From Steroidobacteraceae bacterium (lineage in GTDB: Bacteria; Pseudomonadota; Gammaproteobacteria; Steroidobacterales; Steroidobacteraceae): a DNA stretch of 64,000 bases. Both the position numbers and the translations under genes were made by a program. Positions 17,279-31,588 of the stretch are shown here, one piece after another; the stretch's first letter is position 1, and every line of letters begins with the position of its first letter. Location of the stretch: positions 18,347 to 82,346 of the forward strand of contig JAWLAH010000009.1 in the NCBI GenBank assembly GCA_041395525.1, in the 5' to 3' direction. The notes below the pieces were generated by a model. That model was given only the letters and a program-made list of their open reading frames with translations. It ran no database searches and had not been told where the DNA came from.

Positions 17279-18775
17279 ATGACTCACGTAAGCCTGCGAG
17301 AGTTCGTGCGGGTGCTGGAACAGAGCGGTGATCTGAAGCGCGTACCGTTTCCGGTCGATCCGCGACTCGAGATGACGGATCTGTGTCGGCGGAGCCTCGA
17401 AGCAGGCGGGCCGGCGCTCTGGTTTGAACAGCCGCGTGGAACTGACATGCCGGTGCTCGGCAATCTCTTCGGCGCGCCGCGGCGCGTGGCGGCGGCGCTC
17501 GGCTACGATGACGTCAAGCAGTTTCGCGAAGTGGGTGAAACGCTGGCGTTGCTGCGCGAGCCACGTTGGCCGGATCAGCCACGCAAGGCACTCAGCCGGC
17601 TGCCGGCGCTGTTGTCGCTGCTCAAGGCAACGCCGCACAGTGTCACTGGTCCGCCGGACTACGAGACGGTGCAGACCGGTGCTGATGTCGACCTCAGTTG
17701 CCTGCCGGTGTGGACCTGCTGGCCCGAGGATGCGGGCCCCCTGATCACCTGGGGCCTCGTCGTGACCCGGGGTACGCGCAAGTCGCGGCAGAACGTGGCG
17801 CCCTATCGCCAGCAGGTGTTAGGCCGCAATCGCGTGATCATGCGTTGGCTGTCACAGCGGGGTGGGGCACTCGATTTTCGTGACTGGCAACGCGAGCATC
17901 CCGGCAAACCCTTCCCGGTGGTCGTGATGATCGGTGCAGATCCGGCCCTGCTGTTGGCGGCCACGACCCCGATCCCCGACAGTATCTCCGAGTATCAGTT
18001 CGCAGGATTGCTGCGCCGCCGCCGCAGTGAAGTGTTTCGCACCACCGTCGGTCTCGATAGCTGCGCGAGCGCCGAGATTGTGCTCGAGGGTCACATCGCG
18101 TCCGGCGACGAAGCGCTCGAGGGTCCTTTTGGCGATCACACTGGCTATTACAACAGCCAGGCCCGCTTTCCCGTGCTGACCGTCGAGCGTTTGTCGATTC
18201 GGCGGCAGGCGTTCTACCACGGTGGCTACCTGGGACGCTCGCCGCTGGACGAGCCGTCCGTACTGGCGATGTCTCTCAACGAGATGTTCATTCCGATCCT
18301 GCAGCGCAGCCACCCCGAGATCGTCGACTTTTATCTGCCACCCGAAGCGTGTTCGTATCGTGTCGCAGTGGTGAGCATACGCAAGGCCTATCCTGGGCAC
18401 GCGCGGCAGATCATGCAGGCCGTGTGGTCGAGCCTGCGCCAGTTTCTCTACACGAAATTCATAATCGTCACCGATGACGATATCGACGCGCGCAATTGGC
18501 AGGAGGTGATCTGGGCGATCTCGACCCGCGTCGATCCGGCGCGCGATATGCATCTCGTGCGGCGCAGTCCGATCGACTATCTTGACTTCGCCAGTCCGAT
18601 TGCTGGCCTGGGGTCGAAGCTCGGTATCGACGCGACCAACAAGTGGCCGGGCGAAACGCGCCGCAAGTGGGGGCGTCCCCTTGCGATGGACCCCGACGTG
18701 GCCCAGCGCACCGATGCGATGTGGGCGAGGCTCTTTGACAAAGATCAATGCGGACGTACGCACCACGCGCTGTAA
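17279..18775 (+). CDS. ubiD: 4-hydroxy-3-polyprenylbenzoate decarboxylase
   Basis: About 498 aa. [25 protein letters not shown].., [10 protein letters not shown]. Confidence 0.9.
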   Translation: MTHVSLREFVRVLEQSGDLKRVPFPVDPRLEMTDLCRRSLEAGGPALWFEQPRGTDMPVLGNLFGAPRRVAAALGYDDVKQFREVGETLALLREPRWPDQPRKALSRLPALLSLLKATPHSVTGPPDYETVQTGADVDLSCLPVWTCWPEDAGPLITWGLVVTRGTRKSRQNVAPYRQQVLGRNRVIMRWLSQRGGALDFRDWQREHPGKPFPVVVMIGADPALLLAATTPIPDSISEYQFAGLLRRRRSEVFRTTVGLDSCASAEIVLEGHIASGDEALEGPFGDHTGYYNSQARFPVLTVERLSIRRQAFYHGGYLGRSPLDEPSVLAMSLNEMFIPILQRSHPEIVDFYLPPEACSYRVAVVSIRKAYPGHARQIMQAVWSSLRQFLYTKFIIVTDDDIDARNWQEVIWAISTRVDPARDMHLVRRSPIDYLDFASPIAGLGSKLGIDATNKWPGETRRKWGRPLAMDPDVAQRTDAMWARLFDKDQCGRTHHAL

Positions 18776-18782
18776 TTGCTCG

Positions 18783-19334
18783 ATGACCGAGAGCACCGCC
18801 GCCGTACCCGCCGCGCAACCGCGGCGCCAACACAGCTTTACCAAAGAGCAATTGATTGCCTGCGGTGAGGGCACGCTGTTCGGGCCCGGCGCGCCGCGCC
18901 TGCCGGTGGGGCAGATGCGCATGGTCGATCGGATCGTGAGGATCTCCGACGAGAACGGCGCCTATGGCGCGGGGGAGATACGCGCTGAACTCGACATCGA
19001 CCCGTCGCTCTGGTTCTTTGCGTGCCACTTCATCGGTGATCCGGTCATGCCGGGTTGCCTCGGTCTCGATGCCATGTGGCAGTTGTTAGGATTCCATCTT
19101 GCCTGGAGCGGGCATCGTGGTCTCGGCCGCGCGCTCGGCGTCGACGAAGTGCGATTCAGCGGCCAAGTGCTGCCAACCGTGCGGCTGGTCGAGTACCAGA
19201 TAGATATCAAGCGCGTGATCGAGCGCAAGCTCGTGATGATTGTGGGTGATGCTGCGCTCATCGCGGACGGTGCGCGGATCTACTCGGCGACCGGACTGCG
19301 CGTCGGATTGTTCAGCACGCCAGAGGCGACCTGA
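18783..19334 (+). CDS. fabA: 3-hydroxydecanoyl-ACP dehydratase/isomerase
   Basis: [17 protein letters not shown]...[25 protein letters not shown]. Confidence 0.95.
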   Translation: MTESTAAVPAAQPRRQHSFTKEQLIACGEGTLFGPGAPRLPVGQMRMVDRIVRISDENGAYGAGEIRAELDIDPSLWFFACHFIGDPVMPGCLGLDAMWQLLGFHLAWSGHRGLGRALGVDEVRFSGQVLPTVRLVEYQIDIKRVIERKLVMIVGDAALIADGARIYSATGLRVGLFSTPEAT

Positions 19335-20543
19335 TTGCGTCGTGTAGTCGTCACGGGCATGGGGATCGTCTCATGTCTCGGCAATGATCTGGAGACGGTC
19401 AGCAGCGCGCTCGCCGCGGGCCGCTCGGGCATTCGCGCGATGCCGGACTATCCTGCGGCAGGCCTGCGCAGCCATATCGCCGGCGTGCCGCAGATCGTTG
19501 TCAGTGAGCATATCGATCGGCGCGACCTGCGTTTCATGGGTGACGCGGCGGCGTTCGCGGCGATCTCGATGGCGCGTGCAATTGCGGCGAGCGGCCTGAC
19601 CGAGCCGCAGGTCAGTCATCCGCGTACCGGCCTGATCGCGGGCACGGGTGGCGGATCGCCCGCCAACATCGTCGAGGTCGCCGATACGCTGCGCGCTCGC
19701 GGCTTGCGGAAAGTCGGTGCGACGCGAGTCCCGCGCACCATGTGCAGCACGGTCGCCGCTTGTTTGGCGACGAGCTTCCACATCAAGGGCGTCAGCTATT
19801 CGTTGACCTCAGCCTGCGCGACGAGCGCGCACTGCATCGGCGCGGCAGCCGAGCAGATTCGCTGGGGAAATCAGGATGTCATGTTCTGCGGCGGCGGCGA
19901 GGAAGAGCACTGGTCGCTGACCGCGCTGTTCGATGCGATGGGCGCACTTTCAACCACTCGCAATGCCACGCCCGAGCTCGCCTCGCGCGCTTACGACGTG
20001 AACCGCGACGGCTTCGTCATCGCAAGTGGCGGCGGCATGCTGGTGCTGGAATCACTCGAGCACGCAGCGGTGCGCGGAGCGCCGATCATTGCGGAGTTGG
20101 TAGGTTTTGGCGTCACCTCGGACGGCGCCGACATGGTGCAACCGTCCGGTGAAGGTGCGGTGCGCTGCATGCGCCAGGCGCTGACCAGCGTCGCGCGGCC
20201 GGTGGACTATGTGAATGCGCACGGCACCTCGACGCCGCTCGGCGATGTGATCGAGCTCAAGGCGATGCGCGAGATGTTTGGCTTCGACCTGCCGCTCGTG
20301 TCTTCCACCAAATCCCTCTCGGGGCACTCGCTCGGCGCCGCGGGTGTGCAAGAGGCGATCTACAGCCTCTTGATGCTGCGCGACGGGTTTCTCGCGGGGT
20401 CGGTCAATATCGACGAACTCGACCCGGCCTGTGCAGACTACCCGGTCCTCCGAGAAACGCGCTCGATGCGTGTGGATACGGTGATGTCCAACAGCTTTGG
20501 CTTCGGCGGCACCAACGCGTCGCTCGTGTTCGCCCGGGTATAG
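19335..20543 (+). CDS. fabB: 3-oxoacyl-ACP synthase I
   Basis: [13 protein letters not shown], active-site [27 protein letters not shown] start directly after the fabA stop. Confidence 0.95.
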   Translation: MRRVVVTGMGIVSCLGNDLETVSSALAAGRSGIRAMPDYPAAGLRSHIAGVPQIVVSEHIDRRDLRFMGDAAAFAAISMARAIAASGLTEPQVSHPRTGLIAGTGGGSPANIVEVADTLRARGLRKVGATRVPRTMCSTVAACLATSFHIKGVSYSLTSACATSAHCIGAAAEQIRWGNQDVMFCGGGEEEHWSLTALFDAMGALSTTRNATPELASRAYDVNRDGFVIASGGGMLVLESLEHAAVRGAPIIAELVGFGVTSDGADMVQPSGEGAVRCMRQALTSVARPVDYVNAHGTSTPLGDVIELKAMREMFGFDLPLVSSTKSLSGHSLGAAGVQEAIYSLLMLRDGFLAGSVNIDELDPACADYPVLRETRSMRVDTVMSNSFGFGGTNASLVFARV

Positions 20544-20545
20544 AC

Positions 20546-21556
20546 ATGGCGTCAGCAGTGCTCGATCCATCCTATGGTCCCGCGCAGCACCGCGAGCGCT
20601 ACGAGCGCGTCGCACGGCTGATGCCGGTGTTCGAGTGGGATGCACATTATGAGCTGGTGGCGGCGATCAAGGCTCTCAAGCGTGAGCGCAATGCCGTGAT
20701 TCTCGCTCACAACTACCAGCGACCGGAGGTGTATCATGGCGTCGCCGACTTCTGCGGAGACTCGCTGGAGCTCGCCCGGCATGCTGCGCGAGCCACTGCC
20801 GACGTGATCGTGCTGTGCGGTGTGCGCTTCATGGCGGAGACCGCCAAGTTGCTGGCGCCCGACAAAACGGTGCTGTTGCCTGATGCCGCAGCCGGCTGCT
20901 CGCTGGCCGACTCGATCACGCCCGACGACGTGCGGGCACTGCGTGCGCGTCATCCCGGCGTACCTGTGGTGTGCTACGTGAACACCAGCGCGGCGGTCAA
21001 GCGCGAGTGCGACGCGTGCTGCACGTCGTCGAACGCACAAGCCGTGGTCGAGAGTCTGGGTGTTCCCGAGGTGATCTTTATCCCGGATGAATATCTGGCG
21101 GCGCATGTTGCGGCTCACACCAGCGTGCGCATCATTCCATGGCAGGGCCACTGCGAAGTGCACGAGCGTTTCACCGGCCAGGAGGTGCGCGAGTATCGCA
21201 GCGCATCGCAAGCCTATGTGCTCGCCCACCCCGAGTGTCCGCGCGACGTGCTGGACGCGGCGGATTTCGTCGGGTCGACCTCAGCCATGATCGCGGCACT
21301 GGAACGTCAACAACCGCCGCGCGCGATGCTAATCACTGAGTGCTCGATGGCCGACAACATATCGAGTAACTTTCCGGACGTTCAATTCCTGCGCCCGTGC
21401 AATCTCTGCCCGCATATGCAGCGCATCACACTCGCTGGCGTGCGTACCAGTCTCGAGCGCGACAGCCTTGCCATCGAGATTCCGGACGAAATCGCGGTTG
21501 GCGCGCGCCGTGCCGTGCAGCGGATGCTGGAGCTCGGCCGCCCGCGCGCTTCGTGA
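20546..21556 (+). CDS. nadA: Quinolinate synthase
   Basis: VILAHNYQRPEV...GDSLELA, with conserved Cys ligands. Confidence 0.95.
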   Translation: MASAVLDPSYGPAQHRERYERVARLMPVFEWDAHYELVAAIKALKRERNAVILAHNYQRPEVYHGVADFCGDSLELARHAARATADVIVLCGVRFMAETAKLLAPDKTVLLPDAAAGCSLADSITPDDVRALRARHPGVPVVCYVNTSAAVKRECDACCTSSNAQAVVESLGVPEVIFIPDEYLAAHVAAHTSVRIIPWQGHCEVHERFTGQEVREYRSASQAYVLAHPECPRDVLDAADFVGSTSAMIAALERQQPPRAMLITECSMADNISSNFPDVQFLRPCNLCPHMQRITLAGVRTSLERDSLAIEIPDEIAVGARRAVQRMLELGRPRAS

Positions 21557-23015
21557 CGACGTTCGACACGGACGTACTGGTCGTCGGCGCCGGCGCGGCG
21601 GGTCTCGTGACGGCCTTGACTGCTCGCGGCCGTCGCGTGAGCATTTTGCACGCAGGTGATACGGCAAGCGAGCTGGCGCAGGGTGGCATCGCAGCGGCCG
21701 TCGGTGCGGACGACACGGCGCCGTTGCACGCTGCCGACACACGCGCCGCGGGGCACGAGCGTAACGATGATCGCGCGGTGCGCTTTGCCTGCGAACACGC
21801 ACTCGATGCGATCCAGTGGTTGGAGACCCTCGGCGTGCGCTTTGCGCGCACGCGCGAAAACCAGTGGTCGTTGCATCTCGAAGCCGCGCACAGCCGGGCG
21901 CGAGTGTTGCACGCCGACGGTGACGCAACCGGCGCTGCGATCATGCGCGTGCTGCGAGCGCAGCTCGCCGAGGCGCCGCATGTCGAACTGTTGCCGCCGA
22001 TGCGAGCTCGCGCACTACTGCGCAGTACCAGTGGTATTCACGGCGTTACCGCTGTCTCCGACAGCGGGTCGCCAGTGAGGCTGCGTGCTCGTGACGTCGT
22101 GCTGGCGACCGGCGGGATCGGCGCGCTATACACTCGTACCACGAACCCGCTGGACGCCTGCGGCGATGGTCTCGCCATGGCGCTCGCCGCGGGTGCGCGT
22201 TGCGACTCGCTCGCCGCCGTGCAGTTTCATCCTACCGCGCTCGACGTTGACACGCGTCCATTGCCGCTGATCTCGGAGGCACTGCGTGGTGCGGGCGCGC
22301 GCCTGATCGACGCGTCCGGAAAGTACATCATGCAAGGGAGGCACCCGCTCGGCGATCTCGCGCCGCGCGACGTGGTGGCCAGCGTCGTGTATGCCGAGCA
22401 GTTAGCCGGCAGACAGGTGTGGCTCGATGCGACAGTATTGCAGGCCACAGACGTTGCGCACTCGTTTCCGACCGCCTATCGGCATTGCCGGGATCATGGC
22501 ATCGATCCGCATCGCGAGCCGATCGCCGTGACGTGTGCCGCGCACTATCACATGGGCGGCGTTGCGGTGGATCTCGATGGCCGCACGAGCCTGTCGCGCC
22601 TGTGGGCCGTGGGCGAAGTTGCGTGCACGGGCTTACATGGCACAAACCGCCTTGCCAGTAACTCGCTGCTGGAAGCCGTGACTTTCGGGCGGCGTCTGGG
22701 ACGGGTGCTTGGCGATGCGCGCAGCGCCGCGCCTGACACCGGCACGCTCGAGCCGCTGGCAATGCACGACGAGCGCATCGACGACGAGCTGCGTCAGCTG
22801 ATGTGGCGGTGCCTGGGACCCCTGCGCACGGCGGCCGCGCTGGCAGAGGGCATCGCAACGCTGGCGGCCCGGCGCGCACGGCTCTTGCAACCGGCCGGTT
22901 CGTTCGCGCCGCACCTGCAGCTGGTCGAGGCGATGCTGCGGGCGGCGCTACCGTCAATCGACCAGGATCTGATGACGCGGAGCATCACGCCGAGTCATCT
23001 GGATCAAGCGCTTGG

Positions 23016-23019
<4 letters not shown>
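21553..23019 (+). CDS. nadB: L-aspartate oxidase
   Basis: [18 protein letters not shown] motif, [22 protein letters not shown]. The GTG start overlaps the nadA stop (GTGA). The listed ORF extension upstream is out-of-context sequence. Confidence 0.9.
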
Positions 23020-25070
<2,051 letters not shown>

Positions 25071-25172
25071 AAGGTTCCCCTGGAAAATGAGTTATGAAAT
25101 CAGTCAGTTAGTAATTCTTGCCGCAGACTATAACAAAGCCGCTGTAAGGATTGAATCGAGGCGCCGCAATTC

Positions 25173-26438
25173 TCACGGTTTGAAGGTGCTCTTGAGCTTC
25201 CTGGGCACCGCCACACCTTTGATCGTCACATATTGCGGCAAGCCGTTGCGATAGGGCGGGTAGTCCTCGCCAACGATCAAGGGCTCGAGATAGGTGCGAC
25301 ACCTGGCCGTGATGCCAAAGCCATCGGCTGTGATGAAATTGCGCGGGACTTTCTTTTCCCTGTTGGCCACTTCGCTCAGTGCCACACGCCCGACGGTCCA
25401 CCGGTAGGGCTTGGAGGACTTGCGCACGATCGTCGGCATGACCGCATTGTGTCCGGCGAGCGCGAGATCAACGGCCGCCTTGCCCATCGCATAGGCTTGC
25501 GTCACATCGGTTTTGGAGGCGATGTGACGTGCCGCTCGCTGCAGGTAGTCGGCCACGGCCCAGTGATACTTGTACCCATGCGCGTCGCGGACCATGCTGG
25601 CGACCACCGGGGCGACGCCGCCCAGTTGCGTGTGGCCAAAGGCGTCCTTGGTGCCGGCATCCGCCAGGAAAGTGCCGTCGGCGTACGCGGCGCCTTCCGA
25701 CACCACCACGACGCAATAGCCGTTGCGCTCGACGGATTGCTTCACCCGCGCGAGAAATTTATCTTGATCGAAGGCGATCTCCGGGAACAGGATGATCTGC
25801 GGCGCGTCGTTAGCGGATTGGCCGGCCAGCCCACCCGCCGCAGCGATCCAACCGGCGTGACGCCCCATGACTTCGAGCACGAACACCTTGGTCGACGTGC
25901 GCGCCATCGAGGCGACATCGAGCGCCGCCTCGCGGGTCGAGACGGCAACATATTTGGCGACCGACCCAAATCCGGGGCAACAGTCGGTGTGCGGGAGATC
26001 GTTATCGACAGTCTTGGGTACGCCGATGCAAGTGATTCGATGGCCCAATTGATCGCTAAACTGGGCGACTTTGTCGGCGGTATCCATCGAATCGTTGCCG
26101 CCGTTGTAAAAGAAGTAGCCAATGTCGTGGGCGTTGAATACTTCGATCAACCGCTCGTACTTGGCGCGATCCTGGTCGACGTCCTTTAACTTATAGCGCG
26201 CCGAACCAAAAGCGCCGGCCGGGGTGTGGCGCAGACCGCGTATGGTGGCTGCGCTCTCTTTGCTGACATCGATCAGGTCCTCGGTAAGGGCGCCGACAAT
26301 GCCGTGACGTCCGGCCAACACCTTGCCAATTCGCTTGGATTTCTGGGCGGTCTCGATGACGCCCGCGGCCGAGGCATTGATGACCGCCGAGACGCCGCCA
26401 GACTGTGCATAGAACGCGTTTCGGGCTTTGGTGGGCAT
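25173..26438 (-). CDS. pfp: Pyrophosphate-dependent 6-phosphofructokinase (PPi-PFK)
   Basis: MPTKARNAFYAQSGG.SAVINAS, NGGNDSMDTA (Asp at the position that is Gly in the ATP-PFK GGDGS motif), VMGRHAGW. The ORF extension 26439-26825 is antisense of adk and was discarded. Confidence 0.85.
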   Translation of the reverse strand: MPTKARNAFYAQSGGVSAVINASAAGVIETAQKSKRIGKVLAGRHGIVGALTEDLIDVSKESAATIRGLRHTPAGAFGSARYKLKDVDQDRAKYERLIEVFNAHDIGYFFYNGGNDSMDTADKVAQFSDQLGHRITCIGVPKTVDNDLPHTDCCPGFGSVAKYVAVSTREAALDVASMARTSTKVFVLEVMGRHAGWIAAAGGLAGQSANDAPQIILFPEIAFDQDKFLARVKQSVERNGYCVVVVSEGAAYADGTFLADAGTKDAFGHTQLGGVAPVVASMVRDAHGYKYHWAVADYLQRAARHIASKTDVTQAYAMGKAAVDLALAGHNAVMPTIVRKSSKPYRWTVGRVALSEVANREKKVPRNFITADGFGITARCRTYLEPLIVGEDYPPYRNGLPQYVTIKGVAVPRKLKSTFKP

Positions 26439-26542
26439 GGGCACATCCTCGATTTGTTTGCCAGCTGGGCGGAACCGGGGCGAGAGGATAGCGCAGGTCG
26501 GCCGCCCGCGTTTGAGCTGCCACGGGCGTCTGCCAAGTTTGA

Positions 26543-27239
<697 letters not shown>

Positions 27240-27240
27240 G

Positions 27241-28362
27241 TCAGTCGCCCGTTGCTGCGAGCGTTGCTAACAAGCGTTCCCCGATCATCGCGCGCCGCCA
27301 GCCTTTGAGCGGTGGGACGTTCGCCTCGCCGCGTGCCACTTGCTCAAGATCGCGCCGTGTCGCCAGGACCTCGGGCGCAAGGTCGAGTTCTGCGGCGACA
27401 GTTGCGGTGACTTCGGCCAGGCGTTTGACGGCCGCGGTCAGCGCGGGATCGGGCCGTTGCCGTCGCGGCAACGCTGGTGGTGGTTGAGAAATGTCGCTGG
27501 CCGCCACCATGGCTAATAACTCGGCGCCGCTATTGCGCGCCACGCTTTCCGGCATTTGTGCGATGCCGCGCAAAGCTGCTGGTGATCGGGGTACCTGCAG
27601 CACGATCTCGCGTAGCACCGCGTCGTCCAGGATCCAGCCGCGCGGCCGATTGCGGTCGCTCGCACGCCGCTCGCGCCAGGCCGCGAGTTTGTGAGCAAGG
27701 CTGACTCTGCCGGGGTCGAGGCCGGCCAGGCCCTTCAGGCGGCGCCAGGCATCGTCGGGATCGACACTCAGTTGCCGTTCGTCGGCGAGGAATTGCAGTT
27801 CCTCGGCGAGCCAGTCGAGCCGACCCAGCCGCTCGAGCGTACCGACCAATTCATCGCGCAAGGGTAACAAGTGACGCACGTCATCGAGGGCGTACTCGAT
27901 CTGTTCGGGCGACAGCGGGCGGCGTGACCAGTCGGTACGTGTATGCGCTTTGGCGAGTTCAACGCCGAGCAGGCGACGGGCGAGTTCTGCGTACCCGACC
28001 TGAGATGGGTAGCCCGCCAACGCTGCCGCCACCTGGGTGTCGAAAACCGACGCGATCGGGCCGGTTGCGGGCAGCAGGACTTCGAGATCCTGACGCGCAG
28101 CGTGCAGCACCTTGATCGTCTTGGATGTCCGCAGCACCGGCAGCAGGGGGTCGAGCGCGCCGCCACCCAAGGGATCGACGCACGCAGCATGATCGCGCGT
28201 CGCGATCTGTATGAGACAGAGCTCGGCGCGATAGGTGCGCTCGCGCAGAAATTCCGTGTCGAGCGCAATCGCGTCCTCCGAGCCCAGGCGTTGAGCCAGG
28301 CTGGCAAGGTCTTCAATCGTGTGGATGATCAAGCTGCTCCTCGAACGTGAACGGTGCCGCAA
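27241..28362 (-). CDS. rnd: Ribonuclease D
   Basis: IALDTEFLRERTYRAELCLIQI, ALDDV (DEDD exonuclease), followed by HRDC-like regions. Confidence 0.9.
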   Translation of the reverse strand: MRHRSRSRSSLIIHTIEDLASLAQRLGSEDAIALDTEFLRERTYRAELCLIQIATRDHAACVDPLGGGALDPLLPVLRTSKTIKVLHAARQDLEVLLPATGPIASVFDTQVAAALAGYPSQVGYAELARRLLGVELAKAHTRTDWSRRPLSPEQIEYALDDVRHLLPLRDELVGTLERLGRLDWLAEELQFLADERQLSVDPDDAWRRLKGLAGLDPGRVSLAHKLAAWRERRASDRNRPRGWILDDAVLREIVLQVPRSPAALRGIAQMPESVARNSGAELLAMVAASDISQPPPALPRRQRPDPALTAAVKRLAEVTATVAAELDLAPEVLATRRDLEQVARGEANVPPLKGWRRAMIGERLLATLAATGD

Positions 28363-28444
28363 GGCTCGCGCGGCGGGATGATGCGCGCTCCGGCCGGCGT
28401 GTACAATTCCACCACACTAGTGGAACGGGCAATTTCGGTCGCAG

Positions 28445-28978
28445 GTGATCTCTTTACTCAAGCTGTTCGTGGAGATCGCTCTGTTCCGCCGTGGCCCTGA
28501 CAGCGTGCCGGGTGGAGCGCAGGTCCTGTGGTTGACGATCGGCATGTACGTCGCGCTGACGCTCGTTCTGCAACAGCTACTGCCGTCGCGCATTCCGAAT
28601 ATGCTCTGGCAGATTCCGGTGGGTCTGGCGTTTACGCTCGGGTGGTACGGCGTGCTGATGTACCTCGCCAATCGGCCCGAGCGGTTCGTGCAGACAGTCA
28701 CCGCCGTCTTCGGCTTCCAGTTGGTGATGCGACCGCTGTTAGCGCCCATCGACTGGCTCTGGCCACAGCTGCCCAAGGATTCTTCGCTACTCGTGCTGGT
28801 CGCCGGTGCCGCACTCCTGTTGCTCGGCTGGTCCCTGGCGGTGAATGCGCGGATCATACGAGCAGCGCTCGAGTGTTCAGTGGTCGCGGCTGCGGGCTTG
28901 GTGTTAGCCGAGTTTCTCACTTCGCAGGTGTTGTTTCTGGCCATGATCGGGCCACCTCCGGAAACGGTCGTTCCTTAA
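28445..28978 (+). CDS. Hypothetical polytopic inner-membrane protein
   Basis: 177 aa with 4-5 hydrophobic segments. No recognisable motif. Confidence 0.45.
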   Translation: MISLLKLFVEIALFRRGPDSVPGGAQVLWLTIGMYVALTLVLQQLLPSRIPNMLWQIPVGLAFTLGWYGVLMYLANRPERFVQTVTAVFGFQLVMRPLLAPIDWLWPQLPKDSSLLVLVAGAALLLLGWSLAVNARIIRAALECSVVAAAGLVLAEFLTSQVLFLAMIGPPPETVVP

Positions 28979-28981
28979 GAT

Positions 28982-30355
28982 ATGCACGTACACATTCTCG
29001 GCATCTGTGGCACCTTCATGGGCGGCGTTGCGGCCATTGCACGCGCGGCGGGCCATCGCGTCACCGGGTCTGATACGAATGTCTATCCACCGATGAGCAC
29101 GCAGCTGCAGGCGCTCGGTATCGAACTCACTGAAGGATTCGACGCCGCGCAGCTCGATCCGGCCCCGGACGTGGTGATCGTCGGCAACGTGCTAACACGT
29201 GGCCGACCGGTGATCGAGACACTGCTCGAGCGTTCGATTCCCTATACGTCGGGTCCGGAGTGGATGTCGCGTGAGGTATTGCGCGATCGCTGGGTGCTCG
29301 CAGTGGCGGGTACTCACGGCAAGACGACTACTACGTCAATCCTTGCGTGGATCCTCGAGTATGCCAATCTCGCGCCGGGATTCTTGATCGGTGGTGTCCC
29401 TGAGAACTTCGATACCAGCGCGCGGCTCGGCGGCGCGCCGGTCTTTGTCATCGAGGCCGATGAATACGACACCGCTTTCTTCGACAAGCGGGCCAAGTTC
29501 GTGCATTACCGGCCGCGTACCCTGGTTCTTAACAACCTCGAGTTCGACCACGCGGATATCTATCCCGACCTCGCTGCTATCCAGCGCCAGTTCCATCACC
29601 TGGTGCGAATTGTGCCAGGCAGCGGCCGCATCGTGCACAACGCTAACGACCCGCGTCTGGATCAGGTGCTGACCATGGGTTGCTGGACGCCGCTTGAGAG
29701 TTTCTCGAGCGCTGGCACGGCGGTCGCTACTTGGTCCTTGAACCTGCCGGAAGGCGGTGATTTCTCCGCATTCGACGTTTTGCATGCGGGCCAGACGATC
29801 GGTACCGTCGCCTGGCAGATGTCCGGCGCTCACAATGCGGAAAATGCACTTGCGGCGATCGCCGCTGCGCACCATGCCGGCGTGCCCACGGGTACTGCGA
29901 TCGAAGCGTTGACGCAGTTCAAGGGAATTCGTCGACGGATGGAGTTGCGCGGTGTCGCGGCGGACATCAAGGTGTACGACGATTTCGCGCATCATCCGAC
30001 CGCGATCGCCACGACACTCGATGGCTTGCGTCGCAAGGTGGGTACTGAGCGGATCGTGGCGGTGCTCGAGCCGCGCTCCGCCACGATGCGCCTGGGCGTG
30101 CACGCGACCACGTTGGCGCCGTCGCTGGCGCAAGCCGATGAGGTCTGGCTGTTTGCGCCGCCGGATCTGGGCTGGGATGCTGCCGGCGTCGTGCAACAGC
30201 TCGGTGACCGTGGTCATTTGGCAGGCGATGTCGACACGCTGGTCACGGATCTGTCGCAGCGATTGCGGCCGCGGGATCACGTGCTGATCATGTCGAACGG
30301 TGGCTTCGGCGGCGTGCACGGCAAATTGCTCACGGCGCTGGAGGCGCGTGCGTGA
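28982..30355 (+). CDS. mpl: UDP-N-acetylmuramate:L-alanyl-gamma-D-glutamyl-meso-DAP ligase (murein peptide recycling)
   Basis: MHVHILGICGTFMGG.A, GTHGKTTTTS, Mur ligase middle and C-terminal domains. Confidence 0.9.
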   Translation: MHVHILGICGTFMGGVAAIARAAGHRVTGSDTNVYPPMSTQLQALGIELTEGFDAAQLDPAPDVVIVGNVLTRGRPVIETLLERSIPYTSGPEWMSREVLRDRWVLAVAGTHGKTTTTSILAWILEYANLAPGFLIGGVPENFDTSARLGGAPVFVIEADEYDTAFFDKRAKFVHYRPRTLVLNNLEFDHADIYPDLAAIQRQFHHLVRIVPGSGRIVHNANDPRLDQVLTMGCWTPLESFSSAGTAVATWSLNLPEGGDFSAFDVLHAGQTIGTVAWQMSGAHNAENALAAIAAAHHAGVPTGTAIEALTQFKGIRRRMELRGVAADIKVYDDFAHHPTAIATTLDGLRRKVGTERIVAVLEPRSATMRLGVHATTLAPSLAQADEVWLFAPPDLGWDAAGVVQQLGDRGHLAGDVDTLVTDLSQRLRPRDHVLIMSNGGFGGVHGKLLTALEARA

Positions 30356-31002
30356 CTAAACGCGAGAACGGGGATTTTCGCCGGCGTGCTGTGTCGGTTG
30401 GCATGACGGGCGCTTCGGGCGCGCAATACGGCTTGCGTTTGATCGAGGCGTTGGTGTCCGCGGATCGCGAAGTCCTGGTCATGATCAGCAAGACCGCGCA
30501 GATCGTTCTGGGTTCAGAGACCGATTGCAAGCTGCCGGGCCGGTCGCTCGACGCTACGCGCTTTCTCACGAAGGCTACCGGCGCGCGCGACGGACAGTTG
30601 CGCGTGTTAGGCGAAGAGGAGTGGACGTCGCCCGTGGCGAGTGGCTCGGGATCGCCGCTGACGATGGTCGTGTGTCCCTGCAGCATGGCAACTCTTGCGG
30701 CGATCGCGCATGGGGCCAGCGATAATCTCCTCGAGCGTGCGGCGGACGTCGTCATCAAGGAAAGTGGCAAGCTCATCATCGTGCCCCGCGAGACGCCGTT
30801 TTCGGCAATCCATCTCGAGAACATGCTGCAGCTTGCGCGCCTCGGCTGTGTGATCCTGCCCGCGAACCCCGGTTTCTACAATCGGCCGACCCGCGTCGAC
30901 GAGTTGGTCGATTTCATCGTGGCGCGCATACTCGATCAGATCGGTGTCGCTAACGACTTGATGCCCCGCTGGGGACTTGCGCCGCCGTTGCGCGATGACT
31001 GA
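30352..31002 (+). CDS. ubiX: Flavin prenyltransferase
   Basis: VGMTGASGAQYGLRL, CPCSMATLAAIAHG, PRETP. Confidence 0.9.
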   Translation: MTKRENGDFRRRAVSVGMTGASGAQYGLRLIEALVSADREVLVMISKTAQIVLGSETDCKLPGRSLDATRFLTKATGARDGQLRVLGEEEWTSPVASGSGSPLTMVVCPCSMATLAAIAHGASDNLLERAADVVIKESGKLIIVPRETPFSAIHLENMLQLARLGCVILPANPGFYNRPTRVDELVDFIVARILDQIGVANDLMPRWGLAPPLRDD

Positions 31003-31588
31003 AACGGCGCAAATCCCCCTGTTTCCGCTCAATATGGTGCTGTTTCCCGGCGGACCGCTGCCGCTCAGGATTTTCGAAACGCGCTACACCGACATGGTGA
31101 GCCAGTGCATGCGCGAGCAATCTGCGTTCGGGGTGGTGTTGATTCGCGCCGGCGGCGAAGTCGGTGAGGTGGCACGGACCGCCGCGATCGGTACAACCGC
31201 GCGTATCGTCGACTTCAGCCAGCTACCGGATAACTTGTTAGGCATAAGTTGCCTGGGAGAGCGCAAGTTTCGTGTGTTGACACACTGGCGCGAGGCAGAC
31301 GGACTCAACAAGGCGCGCGTGCAGTGGTTGGGCGCGGAGCCTGCGCTGCCAGTGCCGGCCGAGGCGCGCCATCTCGGCGCAATCCTGCGCAAGGTCATTC
31401 CGGAACTCGACGAGGTCTACCAGCATGTCGAGCAGCGCTACGACGACGCCGCGTGGGTCGGAGCGCGGATCACTGAGCTGATCCCGCTCGATCTCGCCGA
31501 GAAGCAGGTATTGCTGGAGTTGAACGACCCGATTGAGCGGCTGCAGCGACTTGCGCCGATGATCAAGCCCCCGGTCGAGCCAGCGTAG
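30995..31588 (+). CDS. LON N-terminal (substrate-binding) domain-only protein
   Basis: IPLFPLNMVLFPGGPLPLRIFETRY. Start ATG 30995 overlaps the ubiX stop. Confidence 0.75.
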   Translation: MTETAQIPLFPLNMVLFPGGPLPLRIFETRYTDMVSQCMREQSAFGVVLIRAGGEVGEVARTAAIGTTARIVDFSQLPDNLLGISCLGERKFRVLTHWREADGLNKARVQWLGAEPALPVPAEARHLGAILRKVIPELDEVYQHVEQRYDDAAWVGARITELIPLDLAEKQVLLELNDPIERLQRLAPMIKPPVEPA